DNA of 64,000 nt from Microcystaceae cyanobacterium (GTDB lineage Bacteria > Cyanobacteriota > Cyanobacteriia > Cyanobacteriales > Microcystaceae). The notes beneath the pieces were generated by a model that saw nothing but the letters and a program-made list of their open reading frames with translations, did not search any database and was not told the DNA's origin. This document shows positions 52,369-62,564 of this stretch, piece by piece. The stretch spans positions 1 through 64,000 of the forward strand of contig JBGTGT010000123.1 of assembly GCA_041746575.1 (NCBI GenBank), given 5' to 3'. The position numbers were made by a program, and so were the translations under genes. Numbering within the stretch: position 1 is the stretch's first letter; each line of letters begins with the position of its first letter.

Positions 52369-53766
52369 ATGAAAGTTACCCAGGAAAAGCTCCCTGACAG
52401 TCAAATTAGTTTAGAAATTGAAATTCCGGCAGAAGTGTCAAAAAATACCTACGAAAAAGTGGTCAGCAATTTTGCTCGCTCCGCTAATATCCCCGGATTT
52501 CGTAAAGGGAAAGTCCCACGCCCCATTTTGTTACAACGTCTGGGAACAAAGAATATTAAAGCCGCAACCTTAGAAGAATTACTGCAAAAAAGCATAGAAG
52601 ACGCCATTAAACAAGAAGCGATAGAAACCCTCGGCAATTATCAACTTCGCTCCAATTTTGAAGAACTGCTTCAATCCTTCAACCCCGGAGAAGCATTTAC
52701 TTTTTCTGCCTCTGTGGATATTCCTCCCACCGTAGAACTAGGGGATTATCAAAGTTTAAGTGTTAAAGCAGAAGAAATCGCCTATAATCCCCAAAAAGTG
52801 GAAGATGCCCTCAAAGAACATCAAGAACAGCAAGCAACGCTGATCCCCGTTGAAAATCGAGGCACAGAGATGGGAGACGTCGTTATTATTGACTATCAAG
52901 CCCGTTATGCCAAAGACGAAGCGAGTGAAGGGATTGAAGGCGTTCAGGGGACAGACTTTAAAGTGGAAATGGAAGAAGGTCGCCTCATTGAGGGAATGAT
53001 AGAGGGAATGGTTGGGATGAAAGCCGATGAAACCAAAGAAATTGCCGTTACTTTCCCTGAAGATTACCCCCAAGAAAATTTAGCGGGGGAAGCCGTGATT
53101 TTTACCGTGACGCTCAAAGAAGTCAAAGCCAAAGAGCTGCCGGAATTGGATGATGAATTTGCCGAAGAAGTCAGTGAATTTGAAACAATAGCAGAGTTAA
53201 GAGAATCTTTAGAAAATCAATTTAAAGAACAAGCCGAAAATACTACCAAAAATAGTATTAATGGTGCAATCATTCAAGAATTAGTTAAGATTAGCACCTT
53301 TGATATTCCTGAGACCTTAGTTCAAGAAGAGGTAACGCAGGTGTTAATGCAATCTGCCACCCAACTCGAGCGGATGGGAGTGGATGTTCGGTCTTTCTTT
53401 ACCCAAGACAATCTACCTATGATGCGGGATAATGCTCGTCCTGAAGCAACAGAACGACTGAAGCAGAGTTTGGCCATCGAAAAATTGGCCGAGGTCGAAG
53501 GATTAGAACTCGACGAAGCGACTATCACCGAACGGAGTAAAGAACTTCGGGAGCAACTACAGGGACAGCAGATTGACGAAGAAAAGTTCAAAGAAGTTGT
53601 GATTAATGAGTTAAAAGTCGAAAAAACGCTGGATTGGTTGCGAGAAAAGGTTAAAGTGGAACTTGTCCCCGAAGGAACATTGAGCGAAGATAGCGAAACC
53701 ATCGCGCAGGAAGATACGGAGGACGTAACGGACGTAGAAGCCGTAGTAGTTACTGAAGAAGAATAA
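52369..53766 (+). CDS. tig: Trigger factor; ATG at 52369 preferred
   Basis: MKVTQEKLP, IPGFRKGKVP signature, FKBP-like TFPEDY, LPELDDEFA. Confidence 0.97.
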   Translation: MKVTQEKLPDSQISLEIEIPAEVSKNTYEKVVSNFARSANIPGFRKGKVPRPILLQRLGTKNIKAATLEELLQKSIEDAIKQEAIETLGNYQLRSNFEELLQSFNPGEAFTFSASVDIPPTVELGDYQSLSVKAEEIAYNPQKVEDALKEHQEQQATLIPVENRGTEMGDVVIIDYQARYAKDEASEGIEGVQGTDFKVEMEEGRLIEGMIEGMVGMKADETKEIAVTFPEDYPQENLAGEAVIFTVTLKEVKAKELPELDDEFAEEVSEFETIAELRESLENQFKEQAENTTKNSINGAIIQELVKISTFDIPETLVQEEVTQVLMQSATQLERMGVDVRSFFTQDNLPMMRDNARPEATERLKQSLAIEKLAEVEGLELDEATITERSKELREQLQGQQIDEEKFKEVVINELKVEKTLDWLREKVKVELVPEGTLSEDSETIAQEDTEDVTDVEAVVVTEEE

Positions 53767-54091
53767 CAAGACTCTATCCCGATCCAAACCCTTAGAAAGC
53801 CCTCTACACTATGATAGGAGGGCGATTTTTTGCCTTTTTTTCTGGAAGGAGGTATCCTGGACAGGGTACGCCGTAGCGGAAGGTTTTGGCAGGATACAAG
53901 CAACTATTACGGAGAAATACGCAAGACTTAAAAAAGAATCAAGAAAAGTTAGGGGATTTTACTTGACTTTTAGGTTTTTTTACAGTTAGATATGAGATGT
54001 AATTTTTGCTTAAAAGGCCTTAAGGTGATCTCACTAAGAGATCTCTCAAAAACCCTAAAAAACGCAAACTCTCTAGGAATCGTACTATCCG

Positions 54092-54784
54092 ATGAAATTT
54101 CCTTTAAAAACCTTAGCTGTGGTTGCTTCTGGCTCTGTTGCCGCTTTTGCGGTTGCCGGTAATGCTTCTGCGGCGATTTTGACCGAATCCTTCTCCGCTA
54201 CCGTTCCCCTGCAAAACACTAACTTTAATACAAGTGTTGCTCTATCCCATTTTGACCCTAGTTTGGGAACCTTGCAAATGGTAACCATTGGCTTAGCAGG
54301 CGTAGTACAAGGGAATGCTTCGGCAGAAAGTCTTGATGCCTCTCCTGCCACCGTTAACTTGAACCTAGGCGCATCAATTACGGCAACTGGCCCCGTTGCT
54401 TTATCAGTAAACGTTACGCCCGTCAATATGCAGGTCTTCAATGCGTCTGCTTTCGATGGAGTAATTGATTTTGCTGGAACCTCTGGTATCGCTTTCACTA
54501 ACGTTACCGGTTCTGATACGGATTCTTCTATGTTGACAGCTCCTCCGGCTGATTTATCTCCCTATATTGGCTTAGGAAACGTTATTATCGGCATTGGTGC
54601 TTTAGGAAACTCTTCCGGCAGTGGCGCCGGTAACCTGATTACCCAATTCCAAACCCAAGCGGGTGCAGAAGTGACCATCACCTATAAGTACGATACGGGT
54701 ACAACGTCAACCCCCGAACCGGCTACCCTTCTCGGCTTAATGGCCTTTGGTGCGGCAGGAATTGCCAGTCGTCGTAAAGGCTAA
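54092..54784 (+). CDS. PEP-CTERM sorted protein (choice-of-anchor E-like domain)
   Basis: Signal peptide, FDPSLGTL, C-terminal TPEPATLLGL-TM-RRK. Confidence 0.88.
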   Translation: MKFPLKTLAVVASGSVAAFAVAGNASAAILTESFSATVPLQNTNFNTSVALSHFDPSLGTLQMVTIGLAGVVQGNASAESLDASPATVNLNLGASITATGPVALSVNVTPVNMQVFNASAFDGVIDFAGTSGIAFTNVTGSDTDSSMLTAPPADLSPYIGLGNVIIGIGALGNSSGSGAGNLITQFQTQAGAEVTITYKYDTGTTSTPEPATLLGLMAFGAAGIASRRKG

Positions 54785-54821
54785 AACAGCAGTCTGTCGA
54801 AAGTATAAGTAAGATGTATGA

Positions 54822-54858
54822 AGTGCGTTTCCTGTATAAGGCGCACTGTTTTTATTTT
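54822..54858 (+). terminator. Intrinsic terminator between the PEP-CTERM gene and convergent ppc
   Basis: AGTGCGTTT / AAGGCGCACT stem followed by GTTTTTATTTTT. Confidence 0.55.
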
Positions 54859-54894
54859 TAGAGGATGATGGAGTAACAAAAACCAACCATCGCA

Positions 54895-57800
54895 TCAACC
54901 GGTATTTCGCATCCCGGCGGCAATGCCATTAATCGTTAATAAAGCTCCTCGCAATAGCTCGTCTTTAGAATAACGATAATGAACGACCCCAGACTGGGAT
55001 TGCTGATAATATTGACGTAATCGAGTCAATAAGGAAACTTGTAGGAAGCCTAACGGTACAATTGTTCCATTGCGAAGTTGTACCGAACGCTGGAGGGGTA
55101 AATCCCCATCTAACAGCCGTTGATGTTCGGTAATCAAGAGAACCATCTGACACGTGCGACGGTACTCCTCAGAAATGCGTTGAAAGAGTCGGTCAAAGCG
55201 TTCCTTATCATTCGGATGGGATAACTCCTTGACATAATGATGAGCCATCTGTAGATCCACCTTAGAAAGGGTCATTTCCACTTTAGAAATCACCATGCGG
55301 AAAAAAGGCCATTTGACATAAAAATACTGCAATAGGGTTAAATTTTCATCGGGGTCACTGGTTAAAAAGGTTTCCAAGGCTGTACCCACCCCATACCATG
55401 CCGGAAGCAGAAAACGACTTTGCGTCCAACTAAATACCCAAGGAATAGCGCGCAGAGTACTTAAATCCTTTTTGCCACTCTTACGTCGTGCTGGACGCGA
55501 ACTGATTTGTAACTCACTAATTTCGGGAATGGGGGTACAAGAAAGGAAAAAATCCAGAAAATCTGGCTGTTCATAGACCAAACTGCGATACGCTTGTCGT
55601 GCCTTGGTAGCCAACTCTTCCATCGTGTCATTCCACGGTTCGATGTCATCAAAGCCACTGCCTAGCAAACTGGACTGAATGACGGCGGTGGCAATATTTT
55701 CTAAGTTATATAACGCTAATTCAGGTAGAGAGTATTTAGAAGCCAATACTTCCCCCTGTTCAGTAATTTTAATCCGTCCATTAATCGTTCCTGTTGGTTG
55801 TGCCATGATGGCCGCATAGGTCGGACCTCCTCCCCGTCCGACTGAGCCACCCCGTCCGTGAAAGAGTCTGAGGTCGATATCGTAAGCTTTAGCTACTTTT
55901 TGTAGAGCTTTTTGGGCTTTATGAATTTCCCAGTTACTACTTAAAAAACCCGAATCTTTGTTACTATCCGAGTACCCCACCATAATTTCTTGCAAATTAA
56001 GCGGTTCAAGTCCTTGCTCGACGATTTTTTGGGGTGCGTCGTGACCCCCCGCTAAGGCACTGCGATAAAGGGGTAAATCGAATAAGCTTTTCATGATGGC
56101 CGGCGCCCTTTTGAGGTCATCTACTGTCTCAAAAAGAGGGGCTATGCGAATCGTCATGGCGTTGGTGGCGGGGTCGTACAGTCCTGCCTCTTGCGCTAGT
56201 AACATCACCTCTAGTACGTCACTGGCCTCATTGGTCATGCTGATAATGTAGGTTTGACAGATTTCTAGACCGAATTCCAGTTGTAATTGACGCAATACCC
56301 TTAAGGTTTCGATGGTTTCAGTTGTTTTAGGGCTAAAGGGAATCTCATGGGGAATAAGAGGGCGACGGGTGCTTAATTCCGCCACTAGCCAGTCAATTTT
56401 TTCCGGTTCTGAGAGGTCTGTGTAGGGGCAGGGTAGAAGTCCTAAATAATCCGCAATTTCAGCAATCGCATCGGCATGAACGGTAGATTCTTGACGAAAA
56501 TCTAGCTGAGTGAGATTGAAGCCGTAAATTTCTACTTGACAAATTAAATTATCTAGTTCTAAGCAACTTAAGCCTGTCTCTGCAAGGGTTGTCCGAATTA
56601 AGGCCAATTCCGACCAAAATTCAATGCCTGAGCAATAACTATGACGGGGATTCATCCGAGTCGCCAGTTGCCGTTCTTCGGGATTTGCTAATAAATTATT
56701 GCGCCTTTTAGTATTTTCAAGGCGTTTCTCAATATACGCCAATTTAAGACGATAAGGCTCTTGACGGTAACGAATCGCTAACTCATCGTAGATGTGGGGC
56801 ATTTCCATTTTGTCCCGTTCTAAGGAGTCGAGTAAACTCTGGGAAACATGACTCCAATGAAGAGAAGGACTGAGAACCTCAGCAAGGTCTTTAATGGCGT
56901 GTAAATATTTTCGTAAGACCATTTCCCGTTGATAACAGGCAGTTTTCCATGTCACCTCTGGGGTGACAAAAGGATTGCCATCGCGATCGCCCCCCACCCA
57001 AGAACCAAAGCGACAAAAATTGGCTTTTGGCGGTCGTAAACGGGGAAAATAGCACTGTAAAGCTTGGGAAAGGCGTTTAGAAAGTTCGGGAATCGCATCA
57101 AATAGGACTTCGTCGAAATAGTGTAGGGCATAGTCCACTTCGTCTAAAACAGTGGGTTTGAACTGATGAAGTTCATCGGTGCGCCACCAAAGGCGAATTT
57201 CTTCCATTAGTTGCGCTTGAGCCGTTTCTGCTTCCCAAGAGGTGGTCAATCCCATCCCTCGAAACGCTTCTTCAGCCTGGTCTAAACAGCGTAAAATTCC
57301 AGCGATACGGCGTTGTTTGCGTCGGATGGTATGACGAACAATTTCTGTAGGATGGGCTGTAAAAACGAGGCGAATATCTAGATGATTGAGTAACCGTTGA
57401 ACTTGTTGAGGCGGAACGTTTAATTGCTTTAATTGTAAGAACAACCAGTGAAATGTGCCATTTTTTTGTGTATTTTCCCCTTCTTCAAGGCTTTTCTCTA
57501 ACATGTTGATGCCAAAAACCAGAGGAGAAATAGATTTTTGGGCTTTTTGACGTGTCTCTGCTTCTTTTTCTTTCTCTTCTTTCATTTCTTGATAATTTGC
57601 CCGTCGAGCCAGTTGCTGATCTCGTTGTTCGTAGTGTTGCTCTACAATATTAATTAATTGGAAATAGAGGGCAAAGGCTCTGGCCGCTCGAATCGCTTCA
57701 TTAAGTTCAAGGGTTTCAATCACTTCAGAAATAGATAAGTCTAAGTCGGCGGCTGTTTGACCTTCTGGGGAACACATTGCCCGTAGTTGATTAAGCAAAT

Positions 57801-57939
57801 CCACTAAATCCTGACCACACTCGGAATGCAAAACGGATTCCCAGAGATTTTCTACCAATTTCAAGCGATGTTGCAGGAGAAGTGTTGAGGTAGTGAAGAT
57901 ATTGGTATTCGTTAGGGAAGATTGAAGTAGCGAACTCAT
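54895..57939 (-). CDS. ppc: Phosphoenolpyruvate carboxylase
   Basis: [53 protein letters not shown]. Confidence 0.98.
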   Translation of the reverse strand: MSSLLQSSLTNTNIFTTSTLLLQHRLKLVENLWESVLHSECGQDLVDLLNQLRAMCSPEGQTAADLDLSISEVIETLELNEAIRAARAFALYFQLINIVEQHYEQRDQQLARRANYQEMKEEKEKEAETRQKAQKSISPLVFGINMLEKSLEEGENTQKNGTFHWLFLQLKQLNVPPQQVQRLLNHLDIRLVFTAHPTEIVRHTIRRKQRRIAGILRCLDQAEEAFRGMGLTTSWEAETAQAQLMEEIRLWWRTDELHQFKPTVLDEVDYALHYFDEVLFDAIPELSKRLSQALQCYFPRLRPPKANFCRFGSWVGGDRDGNPFVTPEVTWKTACYQREMVLRKYLHAIKDLAEVLSPSLHWSHVSQSLLDSLERDKMEMPHIYDELAIRYRQEPYRLKLAYIEKRLENTKRRNNLLANPEERQLATRMNPRHSYCSGIEFWSELALIRTTLAETGLSCLELDNLICQVEIYGFNLTQLDFRQESTVHADAIAEIADYLGLLPCPYTDLSEPEKIDWLVAELSTRRPLIPHEIPFSPKTTETIETLRVLRQLQLEFGLEICQTYIISMTNEASDVLEVMLLAQEAGLYDPATNAMTIRIAPLFETVDDLKRAPAIMKSLFDLPLYRSALAGGHDAPQKIVEQGLEPLNLQEIMVGYSDSNKDSGFLSSNWEIHKAQKALQKVAKAYDIDLRLFHGRGGSVGRGGGPTYAAIMAQPTGTINGRIKITEQGEVLASKYSLPELALYNLENIATAVIQSSLLGSGFDDIEPWNDTMEELATKARQAYRSLVYEQPDFLDFFLSCTPIPEISELQISSRPARRKSGKKDLSTLRAIPWVFSWTQSRFLLPAWYGVGTALETFLTSDPDENLTLLQYFYVKWPFFRMVISKVEMTLSKVDLQMAHHYVKELSHPNDKERFDRLFQRISEEYRRTCQMVLLITEHQRLLDGDLPLQRSVQLRNGTIVPLGFLQVSLLTRLRQYYQQSQSGVVHYRYSKDELLRGALLTINGIAAGMRNTG

Positions 57940-58206
57940 GGGAACCTCTAAAAGCGTACCTTAGTGAATAACATAGCGATTAGCTTGACCACTCAATGAT
58001 ATCAGCGATCGTCAAAGATGCGAGAAAAATGGCGGATTGATCCCCTATTTTCTGGGTAATTCCTTAAAAAATGGGCTATTGTGATTTCACAAGCTATCCA
58101 TTGTAGCTTGTATTTTTGATCAAAAAAGTGACGGATTGTACTGAAATCCTACGGTCTAATGGGTTCAAAAACGGAGATCCCTTTGTCTTTTGACAACCGC
58201 ACCGAA

Positions 58207-58416
58207 TCATGAGTCGGTAAAAACGTCCTTTTCATCGGACAGTGCCTCATTTGGCACATTCAGAAGAGGTAAACGTTCTCCCCGAAAGATCTCTTCGCTC
58301 ATTTCACCTATTTGACTCAATCCCTGCTCAATTCCCCGAATAACGGCTATACCAACTAAGAAAGGAGGTGTGAGTAGGCTCAACAAGATTTTGCTATCAA
58401 TTTCAAGGTTATTCAT
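58207..58416 (-). CDS. Small hypothetical protein upstream of ppc
   Basis: IGEMSEEIFRGERLPLL resembles a conserved cyanobacterial small protein; ATG at 58416 preferred. Confidence 0.65.
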   Translation of the reverse strand: MNNLEIDSKILLSLLTPPFLVGIAVIRGIEQGLSQIGEMSEEIFRGERLPLLNVPNEALSDEKDVFTDS

Positions 58417-58691
58417 TGTTAAAGTCCAAAAAAGAGAAAGAGGCTGATGGGTATCATTATAAATTATTTGACCTATTAAAGTCATCAAAGCGAGTCATAG
58501 TAAAGGTTTTCACCCTTCATTTTGCCTTTTTTAGACTGCACTCAGCGATATCTTCGAGAAATTCATTTATTTTTTTTCAGGAAAATTTCCCTTAGGTGGC
58601 GTTGATTAGATTAAGAACAATGGCAGTGAATTTAAACATTGCTTCTCATGTAAAGCTCGATTTAGTTAACCCTCACCTCTTGCAAAAGCTT

Positions 58692-59792
58692 ATGATTGTT
58701 ATCATTAAACCAGCAACACCGCAAATCGAAATCCAAAGAATTAGTCATGAAGTTGCCAATTTCAATGTCAAAGTTGAAAAAACTGAAGGTAACCAAAAAA
58801 TAATTCTAGGCTTAATTGGAGAGACATCTACCCTTGATTTACGCCAAATTCAACAAATTAGTCCTTACATTGAAAAAGTGATTCGTATTGAAAAACCTTT
58901 TAAACGAGTCAGTCGCGAATTTCGCAATGGACAAGCGTCTGCTGTCACGGTTTCCACGCCCAATGGTATTGTAACCTTCGGTGAAGCCTTTCCCCTTGTT
59001 CATATTGCTGGCCCTTGTTCGGTAGAAAGTGAAGAGATGATTGTGGCGATCGCAAAACAATTAAAGGCTACTGGGGCGAAATTTCTTAGAGGAGGAGCCT
59101 ATAAACCTCGTACCTCTCCCTACGCTTTCCAGGGTCACGGAGAATCTGCTTTACACTGGCTAGCGACAGCACGCCAAGAAACAGGATTAGGCATCATTAC
59201 CGAAGTAATGGATGGAGACGAATTACCTCAAATCGCTGAAGTTGCCGATATTATCCAAATCGGCGCAAGAAATATGCAGAATTTCTCCCTCCTAAAGAAA
59301 GTAGGACGGCAAGATAAGCCCGTTCTCCTCAAACGAGGGTTATCCGCTACCATCGAAGATTGGTTAATGTCTGCCGAATACATCCTCGCCGAAGGAAATC
59401 CCAATGTAATTCTCTGTGAGCGAGGTATTCGTACCTTTGACCGCCAATACACTCGAAACACCTTAGATTTATCTGTTGTTCCCGTTTTACGAACTTTAAC
59501 CCATTTACCAATTACCCTCGACCCCAGTCATGGTACGGGTAAAGCTGAATACGTTCCTGCCATGGCCTTAGGAGCGATCGCAGTAGGTGCGGATTCCTTA
59601 ATGATTGAAGTGCATCCTAATCCGGCGCAAGCGTTATCTGATGGGCCCCAATCCTTAACGCCTCAAGCTTATGCCACATTAATGCAAAAAATGGTGACTT
59701 TAAGCGAAACTTTGGGACGGGATTCTCAGCATCCGTTAATCTCTGTTCCCCATCCTTTGCGTGAATCAGAGAAACTGCCAATTTGTGCTTGA
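58692..59792 (+). CDS. aroF: 3-deoxy-7-phosphoheptulonate (DAHP) synthase, type I-beta with N-terminal regulatory domain; ATG at 58692 preferred
   Basis: IAGPCSVES, RGGAYKPRTSPYAFQG, QIGARNMQN, LKRG, CERGIRTF, DPSH, SDGPQ. Confidence 0.95.
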   Translation: MIVIIKPATPQIEIQRISHEVANFNVKVEKTEGNQKIILGLIGETSTLDLRQIQQISPYIEKVIRIEKPFKRVSREFRNGQASAVTVSTPNGIVTFGEAFPLVHIAGPCSVESEEMIVAIAKQLKATGAKFLRGGAYKPRTSPYAFQGHGESALHWLATARQETGLGIITEVMDGDELPQIAEVADIIQIGARNMQNFSLLKKVGRQDKPVLLKRGLSATIEDWLMSAEYILAEGNPNVILCERGIRTFDRQYTRNTLDLSVVPVLRTLTHLPITLDPSHGTGKAEYVPAMALGAIAVGADSLMIEVHPNPAQALSDGPQSLTPQAYATLMQKMVTLSETLGRDSQHPLISVPHPLRESEKLPICA

Positions 59793-59868
59793 GTCTCTCA
59801 TTTTATAGCTTGAACTGTGTCAACACTTATCTTTTCCGTCTTTTGTCAACCTTCCTTTGAACTAAACC

Positions 59869-61590
59869 ATGACGATTCCTTCTAAATCCCAATCCCAAAA
59901 CCTCAGCTTTGTGGGTCAATTTATCCCTCATGCTACTACCGAATCCGTTATCATGATTGGCGATAACCCTCTCACCATTGACGACGTGGTTAAAGTCTCC
60001 CGTCAAAATATCCCCGTTCTCATTAGTCACCAAGAGAAGGTGTTACAAGGGGTTCAAGCCTCCTGTGATTGGGTCGCTGAAGCAGTGGCTTCTGGTGAAC
60101 CCATTTATGGTATTACGAGTGGTTTCGGCGGCATGGCAAATGTGGTCATTAAACCCGAATTAGCGAAAGAATTGCAGAATAATCTGATGCGCTATCATAA
60201 GGTAGGAGCAGGAAAACCCTTGCCTTTGGCAGATATTCGGGCAGGAATGCTCTTGAGAGCGAATTCTCATCTTTATGGTGCGTCTGGTATTCGTTTAGAA
60301 CTGATTCAACGCATTGAAACTTTTCTCAATGCAGGCGTTACTCCCCACGTTCCCGAATTTGGCTCAATTGGCGCAAGTGGCGACTTGACCCCCTTAGCTT
60401 ACATTTGCGGCTCATTAGTAGGGTTGAATGACTATTATACGGTGGATTTTCAAGGGGAAACCTTAACAGCCCCCCAAGCACTAGAACGCCTAGGATTACC
60501 GACACTGGAATTACTGCCCAAAGAAGGTCTGGCCATGATGAATGGTACATCAGTAATGACGGGAATTGCGGCAAATTGCGCTTATGACGCTCAAATTCTC
60601 TTAGGATTATCTTTGGCATCTCACGCTCTTGCTCTACAAGGGTTAAACGGCACCAATCAATCTTTTCATCCTTTTATTCATCAGTGTAAACCCCATCCCG
60701 GTCAGGCGTGGTCTGCTCAACAAATGCTCAACTTAATTACGGATTCTCGCTTAATTCGCAATGAATTGGATGGATCTCACGATTATCGCGGGGAACAACC
60801 CATCCAAGATCGCTATTCTCTCCGTTGTCTTCCCCAATACACGGGGCCAATTGTGGAGAGTATTGCCGATATTATGCGCCAAATTGAGGTAGAAATTAAC
60901 TCAGTCACCGATAATCCGTTAATTGATGTGGCTAATCATGCCAGTTATCACGGGGGCAATTTCTTAGGGCAGTATATTGGGACAACGATGGATCAATTGC
61001 GCCACTGTTTAGGATTACTGGCAAAACATCTTGATGTGCAGATTGCCCTGTTAGCGATGCCAGAATTTAATAATGGTTTATCGGCTTCTTTGGTCGGTAA
61101 TACGGAGCGTCCTGTCAATATGGGTCTTAAAGGGCTACAGATTACAGGTAACTCGATTATGCCCTTGTTGACCTTTTACGGCAACTCTTTGGTTGATCGC
61201 TTTCCCACCCATGCTGAACAATTTAATCAGAATATCAACAGTCAAGGGTTTGGTTCTGCTAATTTAACCCGTCGTTCAATCGAAATTTTCCAGCAATACA
61301 TCGCCATTGCTTTGATGTTCGGTGTACAGTCAGTGGATTTACGAACGAAGAAAATCGCTAATCATTATGATGCGACTCAATGTCTATCTCCTGCCACTTT
61401 ACCCTTGTATTTAGCCGTTAAAGATGTAGTGGATAAAACCCCTTGTGCGCAACGTCCCTACATCTGGAACGACAACGAACAGGCATTAGACGAACATATT
61501 GCCCGAATTTCGCAAGATATCGCCACAGGAGGTCAAATTGTGCAAGCGATTCGCCAAATGATTCCCAGTCTCAAAGATAGTTTGAATTAA
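59869..61590 (+). CDS. MIO-dependent aromatic amino acid ammonia-lyase, likely tyrosine ammonia-lyase
   Basis: MIO-forming GSIGASGDL, catalytic Tyr loop PIYGITSGFG, QDRYSLRC, NSVTDNP, HGGNF; selectivity segment LQNNLMRYHKVGAG. Confidence 0.92.
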   Translation: MTIPSKSQSQNLSFVGQFIPHATTESVIMIGDNPLTIDDVVKVSRQNIPVLISHQEKVLQGVQASCDWVAEAVASGEPIYGITSGFGGMANVVIKPELAKELQNNLMRYHKVGAGKPLPLADIRAGMLLRANSHLYGASGIRLELIQRIETFLNAGVTPHVPEFGSIGASGDLTPLAYICGSLVGLNDYYTVDFQGETLTAPQALERLGLPTLELLPKEGLAMMNGTSVMTGIAANCAYDAQILLGLSLASHALALQGLNGTNQSFHPFIHQCKPHPGQAWSAQQMLNLITDSRLIRNELDGSHDYRGEQPIQDRYSLRCLPQYTGPIVESIADIMRQIEVEINSVTDNPLIDVANHASYHGGNFLGQYIGTTMDQLRHCLGLLAKHLDVQIALLAMPEFNNGLSASLVGNTERPVNMGLKGLQITGNSIMPLLTFYGNSLVDRFPTHAEQFNQNINSQGFGSANLTRRSIEIFQQYIAIALMFGVQSVDLRTKKIANHYDATQCLSPATLPLYLAVKDVVDKTPCAQRPYIWNDNEQALDEHIARISQDIATGGQIVQAIRQMIPSLKDSLN

Positions 61591-61728
61591 GGAAGGTGTG
61601 AGGGATAAGGTACGAGGGGTTAATGCGGCATCGTTCTATATTTTCTTAATCCTCTCGTCTTCCTTGCTCAAAATTTCTGAATTCCACCATCAATCTACTG
61701 TATCCTTTGTCAACCTTAACCCCCTTAT

Positions 61729-62253
61729 ATGATGATGACACTCAACTCAACGAATCGCACCCCCAATGAATTAATCGGTAAACATCTCGTTTATACCTAC
61801 GATAATGGCTGGCAATACGAAATTTATGTCAAGAATGCCCATACCTTTTGCTACCGTATCCATAGTGGCATTGTCGGCGGTCGTTGGGTTACTGATCAAT
61901 CAGCCGATATTGTGCAAATTGCTGACTATGTTTTCAAAATCTCTTGGGATGAACCGACAGGAACGGTCGTTTGCGTCACTGTTAATCTAGAACGCCGAGA
62001 GATTCATGGAGCGATCTTTTTACCCCAATGGATTGAACAAAATCCCCAAAAAACCGTTTGCTATCAAAATGAGCATCTGGCGCAAATGTATCATTATCGA
62101 GATACAGGAGCTACTTATCCGAAAATGGTCGTTTGTGAGTTTGCCACGATTACTTTTATGGAAGATTGTGGCGCAGACCGAGATGATGTGATTAATTGTC
62201 ATCCTAGTGAATTACCGTCCCATTTTCCCTATCTAGATCGCCTTGCTTCTTGA
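61729..62253 (+). CDS. padC: Phenolic acid decarboxylase
   Basis: YTYDNGWQYE.Y.KN, YRIHSG.VGGRWV, KISWDEPTGT, HG.IFLP.W...P.KTVCYQN; the two Tyr, Arg and Glu catalytic positions are present. Confidence 0.93.
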   Translation: MMMTLNSTNRTPNELIGKHLVYTYDNGWQYEIYVKNAHTFCYRIHSGIVGGRWVTDQSADIVQIADYVFKISWDEPTGTVVCVTVNLERREIHGAIFLPQWIEQNPQKTVCYQNEHLAQMYHYRDTGATYPKMVVCEFATITFMEDCGADRDDVINCHPSELPSHFPYLDRLAS

Positions 62254-62564
62254 ATCTTGTTTTTTGGGAAAGAATCACTCATTCTCTATTGTTATTGAGA
62301 GACTACCCAAAAATCACTCTCTCAAAGTTTAAATTAACCTAAAAAATGTAAGGATTGATACGGAAAACCGATATTTTGTTAAGAATATCAAGCCCACGTT
62401 AATTGATTTTAATGTGCTTTACAAAGGTTAACACTTAATCATCTGTTGATGATATAAACGCAATTAATGCGGTTCAATGAACAGATTACTGGAATACTGA
62501 AAAACCAATTTCAATTATTTGCCCCATCTTCCCTTATTTATTCTCAAATTCAGGAGATTAAACC

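Noticed and set aside
53322..53903. 193-aa minus-strand ORF and similar shadow ORFs (54085-54498, 62896-63438, 62994-63389, 12930-13274)
   Set aside because: Antisense or alternate-frame overlaps of well-supported genes, with no recognisable motifs
59869..61590. Lyase as histidase (hutH) or as supplier for photoactive yellow protein
   Set aside because: No hut genes, pyp or coumarate-CoA ligase nearby; the selectivity segment is YH, not the HAL-type SH
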